Notes: generated by a model not told the origin, from the sequence alone. Shown: positions 47,664 to 58,190, counted from the first letter of the stretch. The stretch is 64,000 nucleotides of DNA from Gemmatimonadota bacterium (GCA_020348925.1 CP070758.1:4107688-4171687); one strand, 5' to 3'. Numbers and translations are program-made.

Positions 47664-48386
47664 TTACAGGAACAGACTTTGATTCAGATTATGATCCTGG
47701 CCGAGGGATACCTTCAGTGCAGTTCTGGCCAGGAGTCGTGTGGAGTCAAGAACGGGGAGAGGACAATCCTTGCGGTCAACGAGAAGAGGAATTTCTGTGC
47801 AGCCCAGCACCACCGCATCGCAACCACGGTCTTTCATTTTCTGAATGACACCATTAAAATAGAGTCTGGACTCCTCCGCGAACACACCGTTGACGAGTTC
47901 CGTGAAGATGATAGTGTCAATTCTTTCACGATCATCTTCATCCGGGATCTTGCATTGAACATCGAAACTATTCAAGGCGTTGGGATATACAGGCCCGGTC
48001 ATCAAGCACTTCGTGCCGGTGATGGCCAAACACGAGAAATTCTGAAACCTGGCTTGCTGTCCCACAATTTCGGCAATGTGGAGCCATGGGATAGGAGAAT
48101 CCTTGACGACCTGATCAAAGGCCTCGTGGATAGTATTATCCGGACAGATCGCAAACTCAGCCCCGATACCGGCCAATTTCCGTGCGGACGAAAGCATGAG
48201 TTTCCCAACCTCGGACCAATTCCCTGATCGAATGTGGACCATGTACTCCGCCAAAGGGTGAGTATGCATGGACACCTCGGGGTGCATATGCTCGCCCATG
48301 AGTGCGGGTGCTTCAGTGCAGAGCGTTCGGTAACACAGGGCAGCGCCCTCTGCACTGCAGGCTACGATTCCGATGTGTTTGGCCAT
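47664..48386 (-). CDS. Aspartate/glutamate racemase family protein
   Basis: ICPDNTIH and VLGCTEIP catalytic cysteines. Confidence 0.9.
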   Translation of the reverse strand: MAKHIGIVACSAEGAALCYRTLCTEAPALMGEHMHPEVSMHTHPLAEYMVHIRSGNWSEVGKLMLSSARKLAGIGAEFAICPDNTIHEAFDQVVKDSPIPWLHIAEIVGQQARFQNFSCLAITGTKCLMTGPVYPNALNSFDVQCKIPDEDDRERIDTIIFTELVNGVFAEESRLYFNGVIQKMKDRGCDAVVLGCTEIPLLVDRKDCPLPVLDSTRLLARTALKVSLGQDHNLNQSLFL

Positions 48387-48541
48387 TTTTGTTTCCTTTC
48401 TGGAACCTGCTCTTGGTTGCATGCACTCATAGGGTCGTATACTCTTTTTTCGTCGCTGGCTTTCTCAGGCGGATAGGGAAATTACTACGTCCGGAACAAT
48501 CAGAACTGGCAATGATATCCATACGGTAATTACCCCTCGGA

Positions 48542-49369
48542 TTATCCACACTCCAACTCTTCAATGTTTTCCAGATCAATCTGGATTTCATTTCCCGCCG
48601 TCTCTTTCAAGTACTTTTTCCATGAAGCCTCAATCTCGTCTATTGTAGAACCCAACGATCCGGACAGATCCCCACTCCCATTCATCCACAGGTCACGTAA
48701 AGCATCCGGGCCGTACCTGTTGCGGACGAATCCTATGACGCTGGCGGCGTAAAAGCCGGCACGAATCTCGCCCAGCTCCGCGAAGTTCCGAAAGAGCTCA
48801 TGAAGCGGCGGAAGCTGATCTTGAGACAGGAGGTAGCTTGCGATCTCGTCAACGCTGTACTCCTGACACCACCCGTCGCAAGAGACGGCGACTCCTTCGA
48901 CCATCCACCTGCTGGTTGGGTCAGGTGTTCCCCACAAACTCATCGAGAGTACGTGAGTGATCTCATGTGTATCGAAGGAACGCCATTCGGGATTGAGTAC
49001 CAGGAAAACACCGCTCCCGGTCCAGTCCGCATAACCGGCAACCGGCCGACCGATAATTCGGTCCATCTCTTTCCGAGTATCAACGTAAAAAACGTGAAGA
49101 ATCCTATCGTACCCAGGCTCTCCAAGGAATTTCAACACTTCCTCAACAGATGCTTTCGCGCTGCGAACAAGCATCACGCGATGTCTTTCGGCAAAAGAAT
49201 CCGGTTTGTAGAACAGTCTTACATCCTCTGCCTCGAATGACCTCCAATGGAAACTTGAGTCATCCAGTGCCCTCTTAACCAGACTCACATATTCCTGGGC
49301 AGAGAATACTGATGCAAGGGCCAACGCTATGAAAACAAATCCAATTAATGATGCGGTACATCTTTTCAT
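48542..49369 (-). CDS. Secreted peptidase-MA-like metalloprotease
   Basis: Signal peptide; HEITH; W.VEGVA; Y.....GF. Confidence 0.7.
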   Translation of the reverse strand: MKRCTASLIGFVFIALALASVFSAQEYVSLVKRALDDSSFHWRSFEAEDVRLFYKPDSFAERHRVMLVRSAKASVEEVLKFLGEPGYDRILHVFYVDTRKEMDRIIGRPVAGYADWTGSGVFLVLNPEWRSFDTHEITHVLSMSLWGTPDPTSRWMVEGVAVSCDGWCQEYSVDEIASYLLSQDQLPPLHELFRNFAELGEIRAGFYAASVIGFVRNRYGPDALRDLWMNGSGDLSGSLGSTIDEIEASWKKYLKETAGNEIQIDLENIEELECG

Positions 49370-49372
49370 CTA

Positions 49373-50065
49373 TCAATGTAACCTATTTTCAAAAAACAAT
49401 TTCCCCAGATAAAAAGCCTCGTTCAGTTGCAGGAGATGACCTTTTACTCTCTGATTTTCCTTTTGCCATTCAGTAAAATGATGCTCGGAGGAGAAAAAAT
49501 TGATGTTTTTGCACAGCGATGTTGCTGCACAACACGAATACTCCAAATCACACCACACTACTGTACTCTCAGGTTTCAAGAAGGTTATCTTCTTGTCCTC
49601 GATTTCTATTTCAATGCTCTCACCACAATGGTGACATTTTGAATCAATAGAAACATCGCACTGAAACATGAATGGAACTCCCAAGGCATCGATAGCACAC
49701 ATCGTATAGATTTTTCCATATCCTTCTCTTTTCAGAGTAACAGTATGAGATGTTTCGGAGCCAGAAAAAGGGTATGCGGCAGCTATGGTTTTTTCATTTT
49801 CGTCCAGATGGATGACATCATATTGATCCAGTTTCTTCAAAATGGCATCCATCTTCTCATCTTGATATTGGGTAAATGCTTTTTTTATCTCATCAATAGA
49901 TGGTATTCTTCCCAAAACAGGTGACTGGGTCAATATAAATCTTTTAACGTCGTTTTCCTCAGGTGAGAGCGTTTTCCCGAACTTCGCTTCCATGTTTTCA
50001 ACACAACATGCTTCTTCAAAAATATTTTTTGTCCTTTCTGTAGCTTCAGGTTTTATTGCAGACAT
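49373..50065 (-). CDS. Organomercurial lyase (MerB)-like protein
   Basis: AYPFS...T.H.V; CAIDALG (Cys/Asp pair); S.C.HCG; LC.NINFF. Confidence 0.78.
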   Translation of the reverse strand: MSAIKPEATERTKNIFEEACCVENMEAKFGKTLSPEENDVKRFILTQSPVLGRIPSIDEIKKAFTQYQDEKMDAILKKLDQYDVIHLDENEKTIAAAYPFSGSETSHTVTLKREGYGKIYTMCAIDALGVPFMFQCDVSIDSKCHHCGESIEIEIEDKKITFLKPESTVVWCDLEYSCCAATSLCKNINFFSSEHHFTEWQKENQRVKGHLLQLNEAFYLGKLFFENRLH

Positions 50066-50261
50066 GGTAGAACCATTCCTCCTTGAAAGATGTTCGTCCT
50101 CTGTTCACAGCACTATGGACCAATTCTTAATGCTTAACGAAATTGAAGTATACCTCGTCCCTCAATGTATCTTTCTTCGCTGTCTCTGAAATCCAAAAAG
50201 TATTTAAACTCCCCAAGAAAGATTCTGCAACGGTTTTGGGATCTTTTTCACTGAGAGGAAA

Positions 50262-50540
50262 TTACTCTCTGTTCTTCATCCTCCCTTGAACTTCCTGAAA
50301 CTGTGATCGCACCCGACAACCGGCTAAAGACATGACAATAGACTGGACGATCCCAATTTCATCATCAGTAATGCCTTCCTTCTTGGCTACACCAAGATAG
50401 TGTTCCATTCAAGGATAACAGCCGACTGCCATTGCCGCAGCAAGATGGAACAAGAGTGTCATATTGGGATCTAATACATCGTTGTTTCGTGCCGAAGCCT
50501 GAAATTCATCAAACGCCCTCTCTTGTTTTCTGGGAAGCAT
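50262..50540 (-). CDS. CMD/AhpD-like protein, probable selenoprotein (CYP-UGA at 50409-50411)
   Basis: GGAGG RBS and ATG 50540; HLAAAMAVGCYP-UGA-MEHYLGVAKKEGITDDEI... open to TAA 50262, 92 aa. Confidence 0.8.
50381..50397 (-). promoter_or_regulatory. Candidate SECIS hairpin
   Basis: TCTTGG-TGTAG-CCAAGA beginning 11 nt after the UGA. Confidence 0.55.
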
Positions 50541-50695
50541 ATCCCCCTCCTTTCTTGACGTCATTTTATACCTTTTGACCAACTGCTTCTTATGGTGAGT
50601 CATTACGAAATATCCTGAAAGAACTGCCAATATATATGGTGTGACACGTTTGTAGAATTGAGCCGTGCTTTGTTCAAGCTCCTTTCCGTTCTTGT

Positions 50696-50998
50696 CTATT
50701 TGTTGACACAAAAAGGTGCTACTTGTGTCCGGTAAATATCAATCTTTTTCCACACATTCCCGATAATATAGGGCTCTTCTTTCAGCCATTGTTGCTCAAG
50801 CTCGTCCCGAGTAGGAAATTCACAAACAATCATCGAGCCGATCATCACCCCATCATCGTTCAAGATACCGGCCGCATATAACCATTTGCCACTGTCGAAC
50901 ATTTCCTTGGCTGTTTTCAGATGATCCTCACGAACCGCCAATCTTCGCTGCAATGCCCCTTCATCAGTATCATCATAAGCTATAACGATAAATTGCAT
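50696..50998 (-). CDS. YciI family protein
   Basis: R..VR..HL, GSMIV..F, W...EPY. Confidence 0.88.
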   Translation of the reverse strand: MQFIVIAYDDTDEGALQRRLAVREDHLKTAKEMFDSGKWLYAAGILNDDGVMIGSMIVCEFPTRDELEQQWLKEEPYIIGNVWKKIDIYRTQVAPFCVNK

Positions 50999-51183
50999 GT
51001 TTAACCTCCCCGGCTAAAAGTTATCGTACAATCAATCTTGGCATAACTTACCCCCACCTACTGTCACTTGGTTTCTAAATGAGAGCTTTTCATCTGTCAC
51101 TTATGGCATAAAACAGAGTTGTACAGCTATCTCACTACAAACGAAATCACAATTGGCTCAGAGCATCACACATCGTCTCTGCA

Positions 51184-52227
51184 TCACTCAAACTCTCTCA
51201 TTGCCTCCAATAATGCCTTCTCCACCGGCTTATCACCCATCCAGTGGCCGGCTCTTTCGGCAATAATGAGCTTTGATTTGGGCAGTTTCTGATGCAATCG
51301 ATACGCACTAATACAGGGACAGACCATATCGTACCGTCCGTTCACAATTATGGTGGGAATATCTTTAATTTTATTCGTATCACTCAGCAATTGACCTTCT
51401 CCGAGAAAACAGTTGTTGGTCATGTAGTAATTTTCCAGAAGTGCAAAGGCATAGATGCTATCCATCACAGCTTCGACTCCAAGATACTCATCAATATACT
51501 CATCCGTCGTCTCGAGTGCACCAACCTTGAACTCATATCGTGTCCAAAGTTTACTGTATTGCTCCCTGGTACTTGCATCTTCGCTCTGGATCAACTCCAA
51601 AAGGATTTCTGGAAGGGGTCGCTCGTCGTTCCTCCGCAACTCACCGAACAATTCGTCGTATACTTCCGGGAAAAAAGGGCGTGTACCACCATGGTAAAAA
51701 TGATCGATCTCCTCCTGTGTCGCAGTGAAGACGCCTCGCAGAATAAGACCCCCCACGTTGTCAGGATATGTCTCTGCATATGCCAGACCCAATGTCGTTC
51801 CCCAAGAGCCTCCAAAGAGAATTATCTTCTTAAGATTTAGATGTTTCCGAAGCCGTTCTATATCTTGCACCAGATGTTGCGTCGTATTCTCGCGAACCTC
51901 GGCAAACGGCTTGGATTTTCCAGCGCCGCGCTGATCGTGGAGCACTATAAGAAATTTCTCGGGATTGAAAAAACGACGATATTTCGGAGAACACCCTGAT
52001 CCAGGACCACCATGGAGGACGAAGACGGGCTTGCCGTCCGGGTTTCCGCAGAGCTCGTAGTAGATTTGATGAATATCCGAAACCTTGAGATAGTCAGTAA
52101 AGTACGGTTCTATCTTTGGCCAGAGTGCAATCTCTTCGCCTTCTTCGCAGATACTCTTCTCGGTAAAAACAAAGAGTCCCACGAAAATGAATAAAGTGAA
52201 TAAAATAAAATATTTAATACGGCTCAT
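51184..52227 (-). CDS. pip: Proline iminopeptidase with an N-terminal signal-like segment
   Basis: HGGPG, DQRG.G.S.P, FGGSWG, GRYD..C and AGH motifs. Confidence 0.92.
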   Translation of the reverse strand: MSRIKYFILFTLFIFVGLFVFTEKSICEEGEEIALWPKIEPYFTDYLKVSDIHQIYYELCGNPDGKPVFVLHGGPGSGCSPKYRRFFNPEKFLIVLHDQRGAGKSKPFAEVRENTTQHLVQDIERLRKHLNLKKIILFGGSWGTTLGLAYAETYPDNVGGLILRGVFTATQEEIDHFYHGGTRPFFPEVYDELFGELRRNDERPLPEILLELIQSEDASTREQYSKLWTRYEFKVGALETTDEYIDEYLGVEAVMDSIYAFALLENYYMTNNCFLGEGQLLSDTNKIKDIPTIIVNGRYDMVCPCISAYRLHQKLPKSKLIIAERAGHWMGDKPVEKALLEAMREFE

Positions 52228-52576
52228 CGGTACTTTCCTCTCAATAAGGTTTTTAGAAAGATTAGTATTTATACAGCGCAAAACCTCTTAGAATTTTTAC
52301 TTCTTCATACATTAGACAAATTATCTTAATTTTTGTTACTTATAATTTTCAACCCTCATAAGATCTTATAAGAAAGGAAAGACTTAAAACCTACCCGGGG
52401 TGGTGTCAATAATGTTGTAATCAGGAATGCCAGGGGAGGGGTTGCTTTTAGATTCCCGACCTTGCCTCCGCACGAACAAGCTTACGCTTGTACACATCTA
52501 CTGGAAGTTGATAAATTACGAAAATGGTATGTTACATATAGGAATTAACAAATAACTAAACATTTTCCTGCCGTCA

Positions 52577-55500
52577 TTACTCAAGCTCTCCCATCAGTAC
52601 CTCAACCGCCTTTTCGAGTTGTCGGTCCATACCTTCTGCTACATCACCCGGTTGCACCTCGACGATGTAGTCCGGTACGGCACCCACCTTCTCCATGTTG
52701 GCTATATTACCCTTTACGTACCAGCCCCGAAACGGAATACGGAACCAGGAGCCGTCAATCAGTGTGGTCCCGCCTGTGCTTATCACTTCCCCCGGAGTCG
52801 TCATACCCACCAGTTTCCCGCGCTCCAGAGTTTTGACAGCGTGGGAAAAAATTTCGGCGTTGCTGTACGAGTACTGGTTACACATGGCCACCATCGGCTT
52901 GCTCCAGGCGTAGAGGGGTCGCCGGGATTGAGGATACCCTTCCCTCCCACCACGAGGAACAGTAATTGCGTGAGGTTTCGGTGACAATATGGCCAGCAGA
53001 TAATCGGTCGTCCAGCCACCGCCGTTGTTCCGCACATCGACGACAAGTCCTTCCTTGCCATGGGCGACCGAGTAAAGCTCCATCTCAAACCGTTCCAAGC
53101 TCGGAACGCCCATGCCGCGAATATGCAGGTACCCGATCTTTCCGTCGCTCTCTTTATCAACCCAATCCTGCTTCTCCTTTACCCAGCGATCGTACTCTTT
53201 ATTCATATATTCGCCATAATTGATGGGACGGACGACTACCCTTCGCTCCTGGCCATCTTTTCCCTTTACGTCAACCTGAACCTTCTCGCCAACCTTGTCA
53301 ATGAGCTGTTCGTACAGATTCGTATTCCCCTCAAGCGGTATCCCGTCGACCGCCAGGATAACTTCTCCGGGCTCCAGTCTCCTCCCCTCGTGATCGCAGG
53401 GCCCACGGGGGAGAACGGTCTCGATCCGTAATCCATTTCCAGTGTACGATTCATCGTAGGTCAACCCCAACAGGCCTGTTGTGATGGAAACTTCGGGATC
53501 AGGACCGTAAATCCCAAGATGAGAAGCGTTCAGCTCACCGATCATGAGTCGAACCACATCGTAGAAATCCTCTTGAGACTGAACTCGGGCGGCCATCGGA
53601 CGATACTTCTCCTTGATCGCACCCCAATCAGCTCCATGAAATTTGGGATCGTAAAAGGAGTCGTTGAGTATTCTCCAGCCCTCGTCGAACATCTGCAGTC
53701 GCTCGGCCTGGTGATCGATGACGAGTCGGGCTGCATAGGCGTATCCTTTGCCGTCCTCGCCATCCTTGGAGATTGAGTGGAAGGTTCCGCCGCTCTTCAT
53801 GTAATAGATCTTTTTGCCCTCAGCATCCCATTTTATGTACAAGGGATCCACTCCACCGTCGGTCAATTGTTTTAAATCCTCGCCGTCCCATTCGACCACC
53901 CAGAGATCATTCTTTCCCTCATTATTTGAAGAAAAGGCGAACATTTTGCCATCAGTCGATACGGCCAACTGCCCTTCCTCACCGGGCAGGGACGTGATAC
54001 GCCGCAGACGCTTGTGTATATCTTCGAAGTCGATCCTCACTTCTATTTTTACTTCTTTCTTCTTCTCCCCATTTTCCTCTTCATCATCCTCTTTTTCATT
54101 TTCCTCTTCGTCCTCCCATTCCTCCTTTGTCATCTCGTCATCTTTGCGCTGGAGAAAGACGAACCACGCATCCTCAGTATCGCCCAGACGTCGTGAGATG
54201 AACCCCAGCTTTCTTCCGTCCTCGGACCAGACCGGCCCGAAATCATTATCCGGGTGCTGCGTGATATTTACTGGTGCACCGCCGTCAGCAGGCATGATGA
54301 ACACATCCTGGTTGAACTCTTCATCGTCCCGCGAGAAGGTGATCCATTTACTGTCAGGCGACCATGTGAAGGTCGGCTCAGCCCATCCTTCCAGGATACG
54401 CTTTTCTCCACTTCCATCGCGATTCATGGTCCACATCTCTCCGTTGCCCCGAATAAAAGCGATCTTCTTCCCGTCAGGGGAGAACCGAGGCCCGTGGTCC
54501 TCTTCCTTCGAGTCGGTTAATTGGACGACATCTCGGTTTAAAGATTTCGAGAGTCGTTTTTCATCGGGATCAGTTGAATAGGCAAGATAAATATCACGGT
54601 TCCCGTTCCGGTCGGAGACAAAAGCAAGGGTGTCCCCGTGAGGTGCCCAGCCGATGTCATAATCCCGAGCAGGATTGTCTGTAATTCTCATGGCCTTCGT
54701 GCTTTCATCTTCATCCATTTTCGTGACAAAAATCTCACCCCGGATGACGAAAGCGGCCTCCTTCTCGTCATGTGATACTTCCATTTCCGTGGCTTTACTG
54801 GAAAATGTCGTGCGCTCGATTGGATTGGCTTTTTGGTCGCTGGCCGCGAAGATCTCGACTTTCCTTGGATCATGTTCTCCTGTTTTCAAAGTCCAGATGT
54901 CAGCACTCTGTTCATAGGCAATGACGCTGCCGTTTCGAGAAATTGAAGAAAACCGTACTCCATCCTCTTTGTGATAAGTCATTTGTCTTTTACTCGATCC
55001 ATCGATGTCCGTTTGCCAGATATTAAAGGTTCCAGTTTCATCAGAAACATAGTAGATGGTTCGGCTGTCGCTGCCCCACATGGGCCAGTGGTCGTAGCCA
55101 TTGTGATTTGTGAGCTGTCTGTACCTTTTCGTTTTGAAATTATAGAGCCAGACATCCATTTGCCCGCTGCCCCGGTAATTTTTGCGCCACCATCGATCCC
55201 GACCGCGCACAAAGGCCAACCACTCATTGTCCGGTGAGACCTTGCCCTCGTCCATGTATTCCGAAACCACTTTTATCGGTGTCCCTCCATCCCGATCGAC
55301 CTGCCACAGAACGGGGAGCCGGTGATAGACAAAATTTCTCCACGAGGCAAAGATGAGTCCACGACCGTCCGGCCACCAGTCGCACACATAATCGCTGTTG
55401 GAGAAATGGGTCAGCTGCTCAGGCTGACCGCCCCGGACGTCCATGACGAAGATGTCATCGTTGCCATTGCGGTTTGATGAAAAGGCGATCTCCTGACCGT

Positions 55501-55732
55501 CCGGCGACCAGATCGGAAATTTGTCGTAGGCCTCATGAACCGTAATCCGCGTCCCCCACCCTCCATCAATGGGCACCGTCCACAGATCCCCGGCATAGGA
55601 GAAGGCCAGGGTGTTCCCATCCGGCGAGGGCGCCGGATACCGCCCCATGACAATCGGATCAGCCCCGAAGCAAGGGATATTTAAAAGGATTGCTGTGATA
55701 GAAAAGAATAGAATAAACCGAAAGTTCATCAC
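52577..55732 (-). CDS. Tricorn protease-like S41 peptidase
   Basis: PD40/beta-propeller repeats; ELNASH; PDZ; DVRNNGGG; S.S.AE; G..PD. Confidence 0.92.
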   Translation of the reverse strand: MMNFRFILFFSITAILLNIPCFGADPIVMGRYPAPSPDGNTLAFSYAGDLWTVPIDGGWGTRITVHEAYDKFPIWSPDGQEIAFSSNRNGNDDIFVMDVRGGQPEQLTHFSNSDYVCDWWPDGRGLIFASWRNFVYHRLPVLWQVDRDGGTPIKVVSEYMDEGKVSPDNEWLAFVRGRDRWWRKNYRGSGQMDVWLYNFKTKRYRQLTNHNGYDHWPMWGSDSRTIYYVSDETGTFNIWQTDIDGSSKRQMTYHKEDGVRFSSISRNGSVIAYEQSADIWTLKTGEHDPRKVEIFAASDQKANPIERTTFSSKATEMEVSHDEKEAAFVIRGEIFVTKMDEDESTKAMRITDNPARDYDIGWAPHGDTLAFVSDRNGNRDIYLAYSTDPDEKRLSKSLNRDVVQLTDSKEEDHGPRFSPDGKKIAFIRGNGEMWTMNRDGSGEKRILEGWAEPTFTWSPDSKWITFSRDDEEFNQDVFIMPADGGAPVNITQHPDNDFGPVWSEDGRKLGFISRRLGDTEDAWFVFLQRKDDEMTKEEWEDEEENEKEDDEEENGEKKKEVKIEVRIDFEDIHKRLRRITSLPGEEGQLAVSTDGKMFAFSSNNEGKNDLWVVEWDGEDLKQLTDGGVDPLYIKWDAEGKKIYYMKSGGTFHSISKDGEDGKGYAYAARLVIDHQAERLQMFDEGWRILNDSFYDPKFHGADWGAIKEKYRPMAARVQSQEDFYDVVRLMIGELNASHLGIYGPDPEVSITTGLLGLTYDESYTGNGLRIETVLPRGPCDHEGRRLEPGEVILAVDGIPLEGNTNLYEQLIDKVGEKVQVDVKGKDGQERRVVVRPINYGEYMNKEYDRWVKEKQDWVDKESDGKIGYLHIRGMGVPSLERFEMELYSVAHGKEGLVVDVRNNGGGWTTDYLLAILSPKPHAITVPRGGREGYPQSRRPLYAWSKPMVAMCNQYSYSNAEIFSHAVKTLERGKLVGMTTPGEVISTGGTTLIDGSWFRIPFRGWYVKGNIANMEKVGAVPDYIVEVQPGDVAEGMDRQLEKAVEVLMGELE

Positions 55733-55962
55733 ACCCTCCTCTTCAAAATAGTATTATCCAGAGTTACTGCTTCATCGGATTATCTGACTGCTTGTGCTGA
55801 TATCATCACGTAAGCGGGCAACTCCAATATTAGGTTTGGATTATATGGCGGGAAAGACGTTGCACTCCAAACCCTAAGTGCCAAATCATAGATCGGTTTG
55901 TAACGGATGGGAGTGCAACTCCCACCAGAGCAATGCACCCCAATATAAACATGGCGTATATT

Positions 55963-56373
55963 CTATAATCCTGCAAATATCAAATAAACCCAATTCGCCA
56001 AGATCGTTCCAACCAGGAGAATACGGATGACAGGTTTGGCATCGTCGAACTGAACCACCTGAATCCGTCTGTTTGCTATATGCAATACAAATGCACTCAA
56101 TGCCCAAACACCAACAGCAAAACTGACAAGGACGAAGAGCGGATTAACGAGAAAAGCGCCCACAATGTTGAATTGACTTAAGAGAATGCCGCTACGCGTT
56201 GTTCCGCAAGTCGGACAGGGAAGCCCGGTGACACGATGAAAGGGACAACGGGGCAAGAGTGCAGTCAGCTCTGATAAAAACCGGGCACCGACAAAACAGA
56301 AGACGCCAATTCCACCGTAGACCAGCCCCAGGTCCAAATCACCTTTTTCTTTCTGAACAACTCTGATTTTCAT
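55963..56373 (-). CDS. DUF2752 domain membrane protein
   Basis: CPFHRVTGLPCPTCGTTRS...AF..NP. Confidence 0.88.
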   Translation of the reverse strand: MKIRVVQKEKGDLDLGLVYGGIGVFCFVGARFLSELTALLPRCPFHRVTGLPCPTCGTTRSGILLSQFNIVGAFLVNPLFVLVSFAVGVWALSAFVLHIANRRIQVVQFDDAKPVIRILLVGTILANWVYLIFAGL

Positions 56374-56518
56374 ACAATGAATGAAGAATCTTTTTTAATA
56401 TCCAGCTTGGTTTATTTATAAAATTGGTCAGAAATAATTTAACATATTTCTTTAATCTGACTTATGAAAGCTATTCGCCTTGAATTCCGTTCGTTTATGT
56501 TTTCAACAGTAACCCTGC

Positions 56519-56631
56519 CTGTCATTCCGGGTTTATCCCGGAATCTCCTTAGTAGAGAGGAAATTGAGCCAACCGAGAAGATTCCGGCACGGAGTTTACC
56601 CCGTATTCTATTACGGTGGCCGGAATGACAG
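56519..56631. repeat. CTGTCATTCCGG...CCGGAATGACAG palindromic element
   Basis: 12-bp terminal inverted repeat with internal hairpins. Confidence 0.75.
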
Positions 56632-56665
56632 CTTGTGATTAAAGCAAAGTAGAGACTCGTACCTA

Positions 56666-57412
56666 TTAATAGCCGCCCCGAAAGCTCGACATGAAGACCA
56701 TGATGCCGAAAAACGTCAATCCGCAACAGAGGATGGCCGGCAGGAATACGGCCAACACAGCTCGTCCTGTTGTTGTCTCGTGTGCTTCCCTGAGTCCGAT
56801 GACCTGCAGCACAAGATTCCAGATGCCCCCAACAAATCCACCACAAAAAGGGACGATACCCCATAACTGGGCACTGGAAGCATAACATACAACCCTGAAT
56901 GTCGTTTCAAAGCCTCGATTGGCTCCACCAACGATGAGCAGGCAGACGTGCAGGATACCACTGGCGATGAATAATCCGGCGACGACAAGCGCCGGTGAGA
57001 TGAAAAACAGAAACGTCATCCCGGCCATCTGGGTCCCCATATACCCGAAACCACCTCGATCCATAAAGGACGGCATAAAGACCGACATGCCTTGCCACAT
57101 GAGGGCAAAGAGCAAACCGATTTCACACACAATAAAGCCATATAAGAGAGGTCCACCCAAGCCACCTTCTCTCTGCATGCCGGAGTAAAATTTCACAGGA
57201 TTGAAGAGCACCTGCATCAAAGTATCTATAAATGCTCTTACAAATCCCAGATTTTCCCTGTCATCCCACGGTGAATTATACGAGATCACCTCCTCTGCCT
57301 GAATGGTCTCATCACCCTCAACAGTGGCCAGACTTGCAGCACAATAGGGACAATAGTGACCTTCACCAACATGAGGTACAGTTTTACCACACTCCGGACA
57401 CCGCACTTCCAT
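56666..57412 (-). CDS. Zinc-ribbon YIP1-family membrane protein, paralog 3
   Basis: CPECG..CPYC; SPWDDR; FETTFRVVCYA; 5 TM helices. Confidence 0.8.
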   Translation of the reverse strand: MEVRCPECGKTVPHVGEGHYCPYCAASLATVEGDETIQAEEVISYNSPWDDRENLGFVRAFIDTLMQVLFNPVKFYSGMQREGGLGGPLLYGFIVCEIGLLFALMWQGMSVFMPSFMDRGGFGYMGTQMAGMTFLFFISPALVVAGLFIASGILHVCLLIVGGANRGFETTFRVVCYASSAQLWGIVPFCGGFVGGIWNLVLQVIGLREAHETTTGRAVLAVFLPAILCCGLTFFGIMVFMSSFRGGY

Positions 57413-57458
57413 ATCTTCTCCTTTCACGATGTGTTGCTAAATGTATTTCTCTACTTTT

Positions 57459-58190
57459 CTAATCGATAACATGCGGCAATGCTATAAGAAGAATGAGAGC
57501 GATACATCCACAGCAGAAGATGGCCGGTAGCAGCACCGCTAAGGCTGCTCTTTCAGTTGAGATTTCGTGTGTCTCTCTGATGCCTATTATAGTCAATACC
57601 AGATTCCAGATGAGACCGACACACCAGCCACAGCAGGGAATGATTTCCAAAAGATCAGTGCTTGAAGCATAGCAAACAACTCGAAACGTTGTCTCGAAGC
57701 TTTTCTGTGCCCCCCCAACAATGAACAAACACACATGAAGAATGGCACTGAAAATGAACAGCACGGCCAATACAATAGCCGGAGAGGCGAAAATGAAAAA
57801 CGTAATCCCTGCCGCCTCACCCACAAAATCGCCGAAACCATTCTGATCCACAAAGGGAGGGACAAAGACCGACATCCCTTCCCACATGAGGGAGAAGAGA
57901 AATCCGATCTCGCCCAAAATAAAACCGTATAAGAGCGGACCGGCCAGTCCACCTTCTCGAGGCATCTTTGAAAAAAAATGGACAGGACGAAACATCACCT
58001 GTTTCCAGGTTTCAACCAGTGCATTAAAAAATCCCTGTTTTTCTCTATCGTCCCATGGGGAAGAGTATTCCTTGTTTTGACCGGATGCACTTTCCCTTTT
58101 CCCGGAAGGGTTCCCTCCACAATGTGGACACGTATTATCTTCTCCTCCTTCCGAAAAGGATCTTCCGCACTGCGGACATTGTTCTTCCAT
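57459..58190 (-). CDS. Zinc-ribbon YIP1-family membrane protein, paralog 2
   Basis: CPQCG..CPHCG; SPWDDR; FETTFRVVCYA. Confidence 0.8.
   Translation of the reverse strand: MEEQCPQCGRSFSEGGEDNTCPHCGGNPSGKRESASGQNKEYSSPWDDREKQGFFNALVETWKQVMFRPVHFFSKMPREGGLAGPLLYGFILGEIGFLFSLMWEGMSVFVPPFVDQNGFGDFVGEAAGITFFIFASPAIVLAVLFIFSAILHVCLFIVGGAQKSFETTFRVVCYASSTDLLEIIPCCGWCVGLIWNLVLTIIGIRETHEISTERAALAVLLPAIFCCGCIALILLIALPHVID

Noticed and set aside
48542-48556. C-terminal ...ECG* as a possible Sec read-through
   Set aside because: The stop codon is TAA, not TGA.
50541-50711. N-terminal extension of the 100-aa ORF 50409..50711
   Set aside because: A strong RBS precedes ATG 50540; the upstream part overlaps yciI and does not look protein-like.
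40163-52227. Run of co-oriented accessory genes as an integron cassette array
   Set aside because: No integrase and no convincing recurring attC sites (RYYYAAC...GTTRRRY) between the genes.
52395-52500. Possible IS terminal repeat remnant (GGTGTCAATAATGTTGTAA)
   Set aside because: No transposase and no clear matching second end.
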